Made by a program: the position numbers and the translations under genes. Shown here one piece after another: positions 1 to 9,155 of a DNA stretch of 32,000 nucleotides. Location of the stretch: positions 1,342,546 through 1,374,545 of the forward strand of contig OY969931.1 of the NCBI GenBank assembly GCA_963704705.1, read 5' to 3'. Below the pieces are notes generated by a model that made no database searches, was not told the origin of the DNA, and saw nothing but the letters and a program-made list of their open reading frames with translations. This DNA is from an uncultured bacterium (GTDB taxonomy: Bacteria; Patescibacteriota; Gracilibacteria; UBA1369; PNNO01). Position 1 is the stretch's first letter. Every line of letters starts with the position of its first letter.

Positions 1-2124
1 GCAGATAAAAAAAAGACGATCGCGAACCTAAAGAAAAAAATTAAGTCAGACACTAAAATATGGATCGCAACCGATGAGGACCGCGAAGGAGAAGCCATTG
101 GCTGGCACTTGTTAAAAGCGCTAAAAGTAGATGAAAAAAAGCATGATGTAAAAAGAATTGTGTTCCATGAAATCACTAAAGAAGCGATTTTAAATTCTAT
201 AAAAGAACCGCGTGAAATTAATGCAGACCTGGTTGATGCGCAGCAGGCCCGAAGAGTTTTGGATCGTTTGGTTGGTTATGAACTTTCACCATTATTATGG
301 AAAAAAATTAGATACGGACTTTCAGCTGGCCGCGTGCAGTCAGTTGCTGTTCGTTTGATTGTTGAACGTGAACGTGAAATTCTCGCTTTCAACCCGGAAG
401 AGTTCTGGAAATTAATTGGAAATTTTATTGGAGACGAGAAAAAGGAATTCGAAGCGCAGCTATCAAAAATCAAAGGAAAAAAACAGGAAGTCACAAATAA
501 AAAAGACGCTGATAAAATTCTAAAAGATTTGGATGGTGCCGATTATAAAGTGGTAAGTGTTGAAGAAAAGAAAGCTAAAAGAAATCCTGCGCCGCCGTTT
601 ATTACGTCTACATTGCAGCAGGAAGCTTCACGCAAACTTGGATTTTCGGTTAAGAAAACAATGATGATTGCGCAGCAGTTGTATGAAGGTGTTGAAACAG
701 CTGAAGGTAATAAAGGTTTGATTACGTATATGAGAACAGACTCTTTTAATTTATCTGCTCAGGCAGTTAAACAGGCTCATAAAGTTATTGTTAATGAATT
801 TGGAAAAGAATATGTTGCTGAAAAACCCCGTATTTATAAAAAAACAAAAGGAGCACAGGAAGCTCACGAAGCGATTCGTCCTACAAATCTTGAACTTTTA
901 CCTGAAGATGTAAAAAAACATTTGAATAAAGATCAGTTCAGATTATATGAATTGATCTGGAAAAGAACTATAGCATGTCAAATGCAGACAGCGATTTTAA
1001 ATCAGGTTAAAGCCCAAATTGAAGCCAACGATTATATATTTGATGCAACGGGCCAGACTATTGATTTTGCCGGATTTATGAAAGTTTATGTGGAAGATGA
1101 AGACGAAGATGACAATCCTGACAATGAAGAAAAAGCTAAAAAGCATGAAAAATTTCTTCCTAAATTAAAAGAAGGAGAAAATCTGGATTGCAAAAAACTT
1201 GATGCAACTCAACACTTCACTCAGCCTCCGCACAGATATACCGAAGCATCGCTTGTTAAAAAACTGGAGTCTGAAGGAATCGGTCGTCCATCAACTTATG
1301 CGCCTACAATCACAACAATTCAGGCTCGCGGATATATTGAAAGAGAAGGCAAAGCCTTAAAACCAACTGATACGGGTATGGTTGTTAACGACTTTTTAGT
1401 GAAATATTTTCCTGACATTGTTGATTATAAATTCACTGCTGAAATGGAAGAAGATCTGGATATGATCGCTCATGGAAAAAAAGAGTGGGTGCCGATTATT
1501 AAAGAATTCTATGATCCATTCCATAAAAATATTAAAGAAAAAGAAAAATCTGTTAATAAAGCTGATGTTGTAAATGAAGAAACCGATGAAATTTGTGATT
1601 TATGCGGTAAGCCAATGGTAATTAAATTGGGAAGATTCGGAAAATTCTTAAGCTGTTCGAATTATCCTGAATGTAAAAACGCGAAACCAATCGAGAAAAA
1701 AGGAGAAGACGGCCAGCCCGAAAAAGATGAATTGGCCATTGATCCTGAACTTGCAAAAAAACTAAAAGATAAAAAATGTGAAAAATGCGGAAGTCCGATG
1801 GAAATAAAACGCGGTAAATACGGTCACTTCCTGGGCTGTACAAATTATCCAAAGTGCAAACATATTCAGCCGATAATAAAATTCAGCGGAGTTAAATGTC
1901 CGCGCTGTAAAAAAGGCCAGCTCGTCGAACGCCATGCGCGCAAAACAGGTAAAGCTTTTTATGGTTGTAATCAGTTTCCTAAATGTAAGTTTGCAACCTG
2001 GGATAAACCGCTTGTGGACAAATGCAAAGACTGTCAGGGAATGCTGGTTGAAAAAAAGGACGGAGAAATTGTTTGTACTGCATGTCAAAAACAAGCTAAA
2101 GAAGGAAAACCGAAAAAGAAATAG
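1..2124 (+). CDS. topA: DNA topoisomerase I, 5' truncated by window edge
   Basis: Frame 1 is open from base 1 (ADKKKTIANLKKKIKSDTKIWIATDEDREGEAIGWHLL...), so the CDS extends upstream of the track start at 109. TOPRIM motif ATDEDREGEAIGWHL; type IA motifs SAGRVQSVAVRL, GLITYMRTDS, EAHEAIRPT, YTEASLVKKLE..GIGRPSTYA; three C-terminal four-Cys zinc ribbons; TAG stop at 2122-2124. Confidence 0.97.
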   Translation, partial: ADKKKTIANLKKKIKSDTKIWIATDEDREGEAIGWHLLKALKVDEKKHDVKRIVFHEITKEAILNSIKEPREINADLVDAQQARRVLDRLVGYELSPLLWKKIRYGLSAGRVQSVAVRLIVEREREILAFNPEEFWKLIGNFIGDEKKEFEAQLSKIKGKKQEVTNKKDADKILKDLDGADYKVVSVEEKKAKRNPAPPFITSTLQQEASRKLGFSVKKTMMIAQQLYEGVETAEGNKGLITYMRTDSFNLSAQAVKQAHKVIVNEFGKEYVAEKPRIYKKTKGAQEAHEAIRPTNLELLPEDVKKHLNKDQFRLYELIWKRTIACQMQTAILNQVKAQIEANDYIFDATGQTIDFAGFMKVYVEDEDEDDNPDNEEKAKKHEKFLPKLKEGENLDCKKLDATQHFTQPPHRYTEASLVKKLESEGIGRPSTYAPTITTIQARGYIEREGKALKPTDTGMVVNDFLVKYFPDIVDYKFTAEMEEDLDMIAHGKKEWVPIIKEFYDPFHKNIKEKEKSVNKADVVNEETDEICDLCGKPMVIKLGRFGKFLSCSNYPECKNAKPIEKKGEDGQPEKDELAIDPELAKKLKDKKCEKCGSPMEIKRGKYGHFLGCTNYPKCKHIQPIIKFSGVKCPRCKKGQLVERHARKTGKAFYGCNQFPKCKFATWDKPLVDKCKDCQGMLVEKKDGEIVCTACQKQAKEGKPKKK

Positions 2125-2152
2125 CAACTATGAAAATATATGCTGAGCCTGG

Positions 2153-2181
2153 TTGATTTTTAAGCTATTTAATGGTAAAAT
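2153..2181 (+). promoter_or_regulatory. Putative sigma70-type promoter for the downstream secreted protein
   Basis: TTGATT (2153-2158), 17 nt, TAAAAT (2176-2181), located 24 nt before the ATG at 2206 in the 81-nt intergenic gap. Confidence 0.35.
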
Positions 2182-2205
2182 AAAAAGAAGAAAAAATAAA
2201 AAAAT

Positions 2206-4851
2206 ATGGCAAAAAATTTTTGTATCAAAAAATATTATCATCACAGAGCCAAGACTCAACTTAAACAGTGGCTTTTTATAGGCCTGTTTGCGATTTTATT
2301 TTTGGGAATGTTTGCGACTTGTGATGCGCTGGCTGCTTCGTACGTTGATGTTAGCGGAGCATCAAAAAATTTATGTACATTAGGAGCCGGCGTTACATGT
2401 GATGCCGGGACTTTAGATTTTAGTGCTGATCCTCCGATTGATGCAAAACCAAAAGCTCAATTATATTCAACAGGAAAACCGGAAGATTTTGAACTTCGCG
2501 GATGGCTATGGGATACAAACCTTGGGTGGATAAGTTTATACTGCCCTGAATCAGGTTTGAATTTAGGAGTTTCATGCAGACCAAGCAAATCGACCGTGAA
2601 ATATGGAGTTAAAGTAAACTTAAAAAAAGAAATTTTATATGGATGGGCATGGGGAGATAATATTGGATGGATAAGCTTCAACTGCAAAGGCGGAAGAAAT
2701 GAAACATTAGTATGCGGAACAAAAGATTATGAAAGTAATTTGGAAATTGATGTAACAAAAAATCTTGGTAACTTTAGCGGATATGCATGGGCTGACACTG
2801 TGGGCTGGTTTAATTTAAGCGGAATCAGCGGTAAGATTTTGGATATTGTTATGACTGAAAATGCAAGTGAACAAAACTGGGGAGTTTGGACCAAAGGTGA
2901 AATTGAAAATAATACTGCTGAAGGAAAATTTCAAGAAACTCAAAACAGAAAATATTTCCCTGTTGCAGACGGTAACAATGGATATGATTTATTTGTGCAC
3001 GTTGCAACAATTACCGGAACTCCTGTTGTTGATGTTCCGGGGCAGGTTTCAGTGAATATAACAACAACATGGAATGATAATGTAAGTTTGGATCAAACTG
3101 TTGCTGATACCGGTGCTCCGCCCGAAGGACGATACGCGAATGTAAATAAAGTGGGTGCGGCATGGAAACCAGGTATTCCGGGATCCGAACTTGTATATAC
3201 TCCTGATTCAACAACAGGCGGTATTACAAATTCATATCATGGCGTTGCAACTTCGGTTGCGCCAACCGATGGCGGAAACTGTTGGGATGGCGATGGTGAT
3301 GGCTCATGTTACACAGGCGATTCAAATTATTTCTATAAAAACTTTGGAACAGATATTCCGGATCAAAAACTGGAATATGAAGGTGCGACAGTTACAGTAA
3401 CTATTATTCCAACAGGTGAAGTATGGAGCACAACAATCCAACCGCTTGGATATGCGGGTGGAAAATTAATGGAATTTTTACCTTTGGTTGATATTCCGGT
3501 TTTGAATTTTATGCTTCCCGGCAATCCGCCGATAGCAGCGAATATAATCCAGGCAACAAGAAACAAAGAAGATGTGTTCCATATACAAGGTGCTGTAAAT
3601 GCAGCTTTTGGCGGCAATTATGACCTTTCTCTCGAACTTGAACAAGATAATCCTGATGTATACTTTCAATTTATAAAGGATCTAAATACAGTGCCGGTAG
3701 CTGTAAAGCCTATCAAACCATTGAGATTTAAAAATAGTGTTCCATTTGGCGACTATTATTCAATTCCATTTGTTCCGGACATTAAACTTGCAGAAGAAAT
3801 AACCGGAGCAATGCTAAGATCGACAGTAAGATTACCGGATTTTGGAGTTAAATATTTTAACAACGGACTTCCAAGAACCGACGAATCAGTAATCTTAAAT
3901 CAATCAGCTGAAATAGTTAGCGGAAGCGTATTTTCGCCAGGAGCAAAAGAAGTGAGCACAGGAGCAGAAGTTCCTTTGTTTGGAGACACTGCGGTTTATG
4001 AATTGCGCACCCAAATTTTAGAAGATGTAAGCGGAATTATCCGTGGCATTACGCCTGCTGGATTAGGCGGTGACTTTACAATCGAAAACGGTATGAGTGC
4101 TAGTGTCTTGGACGATTATGCTTTGCAGGGCGGACGCGCTTACTACTTTAAAGATCACGATGTTTATCTAGATAGTACGGATCCTTTAACTTCAGTGGTT
4201 AGCGACAGGCCAATCACTTTGATTGTCGATGGCGGAGATCTTTATATAAATACAAATATAGATACCGGAGAAGCATTCGGCTTAATCGCGTTAAAATCAC
4301 GAACTGATGACAGCGAAGCAACCGGTGGCGGCCACATTTATGTTCACAGCGATGTTACAGATATGGTTGATGTTAGCATTTTCTCAGACGGCCCAATGTT
4401 CAGATATACAGATGGAGTATGTTACTACTGGGGTGCAGATGGAAGCGGAAACGATTCTTTGCGCGCACCTAATTTTGTTAATAATGTTGGATGGTGCAGC
4501 TCAGCAGGTACATATAAAGAACCGGTTTCATCATTGCCAAACCAATTCTATTTACGCGGAAATGTTGCATCGTTAAACTGCATCGGATGTTCAGCCGGCA
4601 CAAATCCAACTCGCGGAGATGGCAAACTTTTAGGCGGACCATCAGCGGAAAATTATTCAGACGCACGTTTATATGATTTGAATTACTTTAGTTATTACCG
4701 AGAAAATGCATTATCTCCAGGTACTTTCTCAGGCGCTCAGTCTTATTCTGTTCAGGCAAATTCGACCATTTTGCCTGCAAAGAAAAACCTTCCGGTTTAC
4801 TTTGAATATTCCCCTGCCCCAAGCGACTTGCTAGGGTTTAGGGTGTTTTAG
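2206..4851 (+). CDS. Secreted/surface protein of unknown function with GWxWxxNxGWIsxxC repeats
   Basis: 881-aa ORF; hydrophobic N-terminal segment WLFIGLFAILFLGMFATCDALAAS; repeated motifs GWLWDTNLGWISLYC, GWAWGDNIGWISFNC, GYAWADTVGWFNLSG; beta-rich remainder. Confidence 0.8.
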   Translation: MAKNFCIKKYYHHRAKTQLKQWLFIGLFAILFLGMFATCDALAASYVDVSGASKNLCTLGAGVTCDAGTLDFSADPPIDAKPKAQLYSTGKPEDFELRGWLWDTNLGWISLYCPESGLNLGVSCRPSKSTVKYGVKVNLKKEILYGWAWGDNIGWISFNCKGGRNETLVCGTKDYESNLEIDVTKNLGNFSGYAWADTVGWFNLSGISGKILDIVMTENASEQNWGVWTKGEIENNTAEGKFQETQNRKYFPVADGNNGYDLFVHVATITGTPVVDVPGQVSVNITTTWNDNVSLDQTVADTGAPPEGRYANVNKVGAAWKPGIPGSELVYTPDSTTGGITNSYHGVATSVAPTDGGNCWDGDGDGSCYTGDSNYFYKNFGTDIPDQKLEYEGATVTVTIIPTGEVWSTTIQPLGYAGGKLMEFLPLVDIPVLNFMLPGNPPIAANIIQATRNKEDVFHIQGAVNAAFGGNYDLSLELEQDNPDVYFQFIKDLNTVPVAVKPIKPLRFKNSVPFGDYYSIPFVPDIKLAEEITGAMLRSTVRLPDFGVKYFNNGLPRTDESVILNQSAEIVSGSVFSPGAKEVSTGAEVPLFGDTAVYELRTQILEDVSGIIRGITPAGLGGDFTIENGMSASVLDDYALQGGRAYYFKDHDVYLDSTDPLTSVVSDRPITLIVDGGDLYINTNIDTGEAFGLIALKSRTDDSEATGGGHIYVHSDVTDMVDVSIFSDGPMFRYTDGVCYYWGADGSGNDSLRAPNFVNNVGWCSSAGTYKEPVSSLPNQFYLRGNVASLNCIGCSAGTNPTRGDGKLLGGPSAENYSDARLYDLNYFSYYRENALSPGTFSGAQSYSVQANSTILPAKKNLPVYFEYSPAPSDLLGFRVF

Positions 4852-4860
4852 ATTTGCTTA

Positions 4861-4927
4861 CTTAGTATGTGGGGGGTTACTTAGTATGTGGGGGGTTACT
4901 TAGTATGTGGGGGGTTACTTAGTATGG
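4861..4927. repeat. Three tandem copies of a 19-bp unit CTTAGTATGTGGGGGGTTA (4861-4917) plus partial fourth copy (CTTAGTATGG)
   Basis: Direct reading; the unit contains the core TTACTTAGTAT shared with the other repeats at 5428-5460, 6941-6991 and 8616-8649. Confidence 0.93.
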
Positions 4928-4982
4928 AAATATTTTAAAAAAATTTTAGAATTTTTTAATAATTGAGGATTATTATTGGTGC

Positions 4983-5405
4983 ATGAGAATTCCACCAATT
5001 TTAAAGAACATGGCCTATCACATTTATGATCGTGGCATTGCAAAAAGAGTAATTTTTAAAATGCCTACAGATTATTTCTTTTTTATGTTAAAAATTGAAA
5101 AATATAAATTGAAATATAATATCGATATAACCAAATATTGTTTAATGCCTAACCATTTTCATTTTCTAATAAATGCAGGGTCAAAACCAAAAAAAATCTC
5201 AACATTTATGAAGTGCATAAAAACTTCATATGCTTATTTTTTTAACAAAAAATACAAACAATCTGGGCATGTATTCCAAGGCACCTTCCATGCCAATCCA
5301 ATAGTTTCAGTTAAACAAATGCATGATACAATCGAATATATTAAAAACAACCCAGTTAAAAAAGGCTTAATTGATAAAGCTGAAGATTGGCCATACTCAG
5401 GATAA
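4983..5405 (+). mobile_element. REP-associated tyrosine transposase (RAYT, Y1_Tnp/TnpA_REP-like, IS200-related HUH enzyme)
   Basis: 140-aa ORF beginning MRIPPILKNMAYHIYDRGIAKRVIF; HUH motif in MPNHFHFLI; Y1/RAYT signature TIEYIKNNPVKKGLIDKAEDWPYSG; flanked on both sides by short palindromic repeats. Confidence 0.88.
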
Positions 5406-5427
5406 TTGTTTTTCTTGATAGATCATA

Positions 5428-5460
5428 GTTACTAAGTAACCTACCCCTTACTAAGTAACT
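5428..5460. repeat. REP-like palindromic repeat, GTTACTAAGTAAC-CTACCCC-TTACTAAGTAACT
   Basis: Two TTACTAAGTAAC copies separated by a C-rich spacer, 22 nt after the transposase stop; GTTACT/AGTAAC is itself palindromic. Confidence 0.88.
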
Positions 5461-5516
5461 CTTGGAGATAATTTCCCTTTCTGCTATATTAAAACTCCAA
5501 AATTTAACGCATTTAA

Positions 5517-6935
5517 TTGATGAAAGTTAATCCTAATATTTTTCGTGCATATGATATTAGAGGTATTGCACAAGCTACTGATAAATATCCAGATGTTGAT
5601 CTTACTGAAGAAACAGCATATTTAATTGGAAAAGGAGCAGGAACATATATCCAAAAAATAACAAAGCCAAATGCCAATCTTGTTGTCGGCCGGGATAACC
5701 GTCTTCATTCACCAAAACTTCAACAAGCATTCATTAAAGGCTTGCTCGAAGTTGGCTGCGATGTTACAGACATCGACATTTCACCTTCTCCAATGCTCTA
5801 TTATGCGGTTTGCAAATATGAGTTTGATGGGGGCGCGAACATTACGGCTTCACACAATCCAAAAGAATACAATGGAATAAAATTGGTTAGTCGGAATGCA
5901 CATTCTGTTTGTGGCGAAGATCTCCAGAAGGTTTTGAAAATTATTGAAGATGAAGATTATGCAAAAGGCGCTGAAGGTGAATATAAAGAGTTGAAAATTT
6001 TTGATGTTTATAAAAATGATTTAGCTTCTAAAGTTAAAATCGAGAAACCCCTTAAGGTTGTTGTTGATGCGGGGAATGGTACTGCAGGTGCCTTTGCTCC
6101 CGATTTACTGCGAACTTTAGGATGCGAAGTTACTGAGCTTTACTGTGAACTTGATGGCAATTTTCCGAATCACGAAGCCAATCCTGAAGAGTATGAAAAC
6201 ATGAAGGACCTGATTGCAAAAGTTAAAGAGGAGCATGCTGATTTGGGTTTGGGTTTTGATGGCGACGGTGATCGCGTTGGTGTTGTTGATGAAACCGGCC
6301 ATCATTATTCTGCTGATTTTTTATTGATGCTGCTTGCGCGGGATTTGCTTACACGTCAGCCAGGAGCAAAAATAGTTTTTGATGTAAAAGTTACAACCTC
6401 TTTAATCGAAGATATAAAAAAGCATGGAGGAGAGCCGATAATGTGCAAAACCGGACACTCTTTTATTGAAAGCAAAATGAAAGAAATTGGCGCGCCTTTA
6501 GCAGGAGAAGTAAGCGGGCATTTATTTTTTGCAGAAAATTATTATGGTTTTGATGATGCATTTTTGGGCGCTGCAAAGTTGCTCGAAATTTTATCAAAAA
6601 GTTCTGTGCCCTTTTCACGATTATTTGACGATGTCCCAAAAACCTATGCGACACCTGAATTTAAAGCGCATACTCCGGACGATAAAAAATTTAAAATCGT
6701 GCGCGAACTCACTGATTATTTTACAAAAAATTACGATTGTATCACTTTAGACGGAGTTCGTGTAAATTTCACTGACCGTGCTTGGGGCGCTATTCGCTGC
6801 TCAAACACATCGCCAAATTTAACTTTAAGATTTGAAGCTGATAGCAAAGAGAAGCTTTGTGAAATTCAAAAAAATATGGTGGAACAATTGCGCAAATACC
6901 CTGAGGTAAGCCTTGATTGGTATAAAGAATGTTAA
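5517..6935 (+). CDS. manB: Phosphomannomutase/phosphoglucomutase (alpha-D-phosphohexomutase family)
   Basis: 472 aa; NIFRAYDIRGIA N-terminus; catalytic GGANITASHNPKEYNGIKL; metal-binding GLGFDGDGDRVGVVD; C-terminal DGVRVNF..RAWGAIRCSNTSPNLTLRFEA. TTG start at 5517 or ATG at 5520. Confidence 0.93.
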   Translation: MMKVNPNIFRAYDIRGIAQATDKYPDVDLTEETAYLIGKGAGTYIQKITKPNANLVVGRDNRLHSPKLQQAFIKGLLEVGCDVTDIDISPSPMLYYAVCKYEFDGGANITASHNPKEYNGIKLVSRNAHSVCGEDLQKVLKIIEDEDYAKGAEGEYKELKIFDVYKNDLASKVKIEKPLKVVVDAGNGTAGAFAPDLLRTLGCEVTELYCELDGNFPNHEANPEEYENMKDLIAKVKEEHADLGLGFDGDGDRVGVVDETGHHYSADFLLMLLARDLLTRQPGAKIVFDVKVTTSLIEDIKKHGGEPIMCKTGHSFIESKMKEIGAPLAGEVSGHLFFAENYYGFDDAFLGAAKLLEILSKSSVPFSRLFDDVPKTYATPEFKAHTPDDKKFKIVRELTDYFTKNYDCITLDGVRVNFTDRAWGAIRCSNTSPNLTLRFEADSKEKLCEIQKNMVEQLRKYPEVSLDWYKEC

Positions 6936-6940
6936 TTCAT

Positions 6941-6991
6941 ATACTAAGTAAGTACCCCCTTACTTAGTATATACCCAGCTACTAAGTAACT
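6941..6991. repeat. REP-like element: perfect 12-bp inverted repeat ATACTAAGTAAG-TACCCC-CTTACTTAGTAT (6941-6970) plus an extra ACTAAGTAACT copy (6981-6991)
   Basis: Arms 6941-6952 and 6959-6970 are exact reverse complements; the last copy directly abuts the ATG at 6992. Confidence 0.92.
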
Positions 6992-8611
6992 ATGCAACTA
7001 ATTTACAAACACAAATACTGGCGTTTGCTTGAGATGGTTCCAGGGCTTCTTGCCTGGGGGGCGCTGCTTATACCTGTTGTTGTGGCGATTTATCACCCAA
7101 TTTTAATTGCTGTTTTGGCTATTGTTTATGCGTTGCTTTGGCTTTTCAGATCAATTCGATTGAGCATAAATTTGTATAGGGGTTATTGGAGAACTCAGGA
7201 TGCAATGAAGGTGAACTGGAATTTTCTTCTCGATCTGGTTGAACATCCAGGAAAAATCGACCAGGCGGTTAGTGAAACTGACCTTAGCAAGCCTCTTTTA
7301 AGGCCACAAAAAATCTTCAATCTTGAACTTAAAAATCTAAAAAACAGATTAACGTGGCTAAATCAAAATGACCAAGAGCTTAAGCCCTCACAGATTCACC
7401 ATGCGATTTTAATAGTGACTTATAAAGAGTCGTATGAGCTGGTGAGGGAATCCGTTAAGTCATATGCGGAAAGTTTTTATCCTTATAAAAAAATGGTTTT
7501 GGTACTTGGAGGAGAGGAAGGCGACAAAGAAAATTTCGCGCAAATCTCAGAAAAAATCGAGAAAGAATTCGGAGACAAATTCAGCGCAATAATTAAGACG
7601 GTACATCCAAAAGGCATGCCAGGAGAAATCCCTGGCAAAAGCGCAAATGCAACATTTGCCGGTAAGGAATTAAAGCGATATCTCGACCACCATCACATCC
7701 CTTACGAGCATGTTATTTTATCAAATTTTGATGCTGACACTGTTGCGCATCCTGCTTATTTTAGTGAGCTTACTTTTAAATATTTGGTTACTAAAAATCG
7801 AACACAAAAAGCGTATCAGCCAACACACATGTTTCATAATAATATTTGGGATGTGCCTGTGATGATTCGTATGGTTGCTCTTTCTTGCACTTTCTGGCGC
7901 ATGTCAGAGGCACTTGATAAACATAAATATAAAAGTTTTTCTTCGCGTTCAATGGGCTTTCAAACAGTTATTGATACAAATTATTGGGATCCTTCTATTA
8001 TTCCTGAGGACTCGCGTCAGTTCTGGACAGCATTTTTGAAATACAACGGAAAGCATACTGTTAGCTGGATTTATACGCCTGTTTATATGGATGCTGTTTT
8101 GTCAGATAGTTATCTTGAGACTTTTAAAAGTCAGTATGTGCAATTAAGGCGCTGGGCATGGGGTGTTATGGATTTCCCGTTCATGGCGATCAACTTGGCA
8201 AGACATCCAAAAATAAAACTCAGCGAAAAAATATATAGAATTTTTTACTTTTTAGAGAATGCGTTTTTCTGGGCAACCGGTCCTTTGATTATTATGTTCG
8301 CGGGTTGGCTTCCTTCTATGATGAACGCTGATTTCCGTAATTCGGTTCTTGCATATAATTTACCAAATATAACCAGCCAGATTTTAACTGTTGCCGGAAT
8401 AGGTATAATCATGTGCGGAATTATAAGTCTTGTGATCGTACCCCGTCAGGTAAAACGCAGTCCGTGGGTACGAATTTCTCTATTTTTCCAGTGGCTTCTG
8501 GTGCCGATAACTTCAATTTTCCTTAGTGCGATTCCTGCTCTCGACGCTCAAACCCGCCTTCTTTTCGGCAAGCACCTCGAATACAAGGTTACGAAAAAAG
8601 CGAGGAAGTAA
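6992..8611 (+). CDS. Membrane-anchored family 2-like glycosyltransferase
   Basis: 539 aa; N-terminal TM pair (GLLAWGALLIPVVVAIYHPILIAVLAIVYALLWLF), VILSNFDADTVAHP (DxD-type), IPEDSRQFW, QYVQLRRWAWG (QxxRW-like), multiple C-terminal TM segments. Confidence 0.85.
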   Translation: MQLIYKHKYWRLLEMVPGLLAWGALLIPVVVAIYHPILIAVLAIVYALLWLFRSIRLSINLYRGYWRTQDAMKVNWNFLLDLVEHPGKIDQAVSETDLSKPLLRPQKIFNLELKNLKNRLTWLNQNDQELKPSQIHHAILIVTYKESYELVRESVKSYAESFYPYKKMVLVLGGEEGDKENFAQISEKIEKEFGDKFSAIIKTVHPKGMPGEIPGKSANATFAGKELKRYLDHHHIPYEHVILSNFDADTVAHPAYFSELTFKYLVTKNRTQKAYQPTHMFHNNIWDVPVMIRMVALSCTFWRMSEALDKHKYKSFSSRSMGFQTVIDTNYWDPSIIPEDSRQFWTAFLKYNGKHTVSWIYTPVYMDAVLSDSYLETFKSQYVQLRRWAWGVMDFPFMAINLARHPKIKLSEKIYRIFYFLENAFFWATGPLIIMFAGWLPSMMNADFRNSVLAYNLPNITSQILTVAGIGIIMCGIISLVIVPRQVKRSPWVRISLFFQWLLVPITSIFLSAIPALDAQTRLLFGKHLEYKVTKKARK

Positions 8612-8615
8612 TTTT

Positions 8616-8649
8616 ATATACTAAGTAACCCCCACCTTACTTAGTATAT
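8616..8649. repeat. REP-like element: perfect 13-bp inverted repeat ATATACTAAGTAA-CCCCCACC-TTACTTAGTATAT
   Basis: Arms 8616-8628 and 8637-8649 are exact reverse complements; fills nearly the whole 37-nt gap between convergent genes. Confidence 0.93.
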
Positions 8650-9155
8650 CAAGCAATCATTTTCAGGCGCTCCACGCCTTTCCAGCTTTTTATGAGCTCG
8701 GCTACTTTTGGGTGCACATCGTCTTCCCACGACGCGTCGTCTTTGAGCATTTTTTCGCGCACGGAAGTTGCGCTTACACCCTCTACCATTTTAACGTCAG
8801 CAATTTTGTATTTACCGTAAACCTCGTAAAGCTGGCGCACAATCGGTGAGCCTGTGTAAACTTTATAAACCGGAGGAATATATTGATCAACGTGAGTCGT
8901 CCACAAAAAATAATTCATAACATTGCGAATCGGAATTATCACGTAGCGATCACGCGCGATTCTGCTTGCTTCAAGTGCGGCTTCGATCATCTGAAAACGT
9001 TCGCCGGCAGTAAAGGGATTCGCAAGTTCGTGATTTTCTTCTGCGCTCCCGATCACAATTATCAAACGGTCTTCAACTTCCAGAGCGCGTTTAATCACGT
9101 CTAAATGTCCAAGATGAAAAGGCTGAAATCTACCTACAAAAAGCGCTTGTTTCAT
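8649..9155 (-). CDS. nadM: Nicotinamide-nucleotide adenylyltransferase, archaeal-type (NadM)
   Basis: 168 aa; MKQALFVGRFQPFHLGHLDVIKRAL nucleotidyltransferase motif, GSAEENHELANPFTAGERFQMI, C-terminal VEGVSATSVREKM (ISxTxxR-like). Confidence 0.9.
   Translation of the reverse strand: MKQALFVGRFQPFHLGHLDVIKRALEVEDRLIIVIGSAEENHELANPFTAGERFQMIEAALEASRIARDRYVIIPIRNVMNYFLWTTHVDQYIPPVYKVYTGSPIVRQLYEVYGKYKIADVKMVEGVSATSVREKMLKDDASWEDDVHPKVAELIKSWKGVERLKMIA

Noticed and set aside
4861-4927. Possible CRISPR array
   Set aside because: The repeats are contiguous 19-bp tandem copies without unique spacers, no cas genes are nearby, and the core recurs as inverted pairs at other junctions, consistent with REP elements instead.
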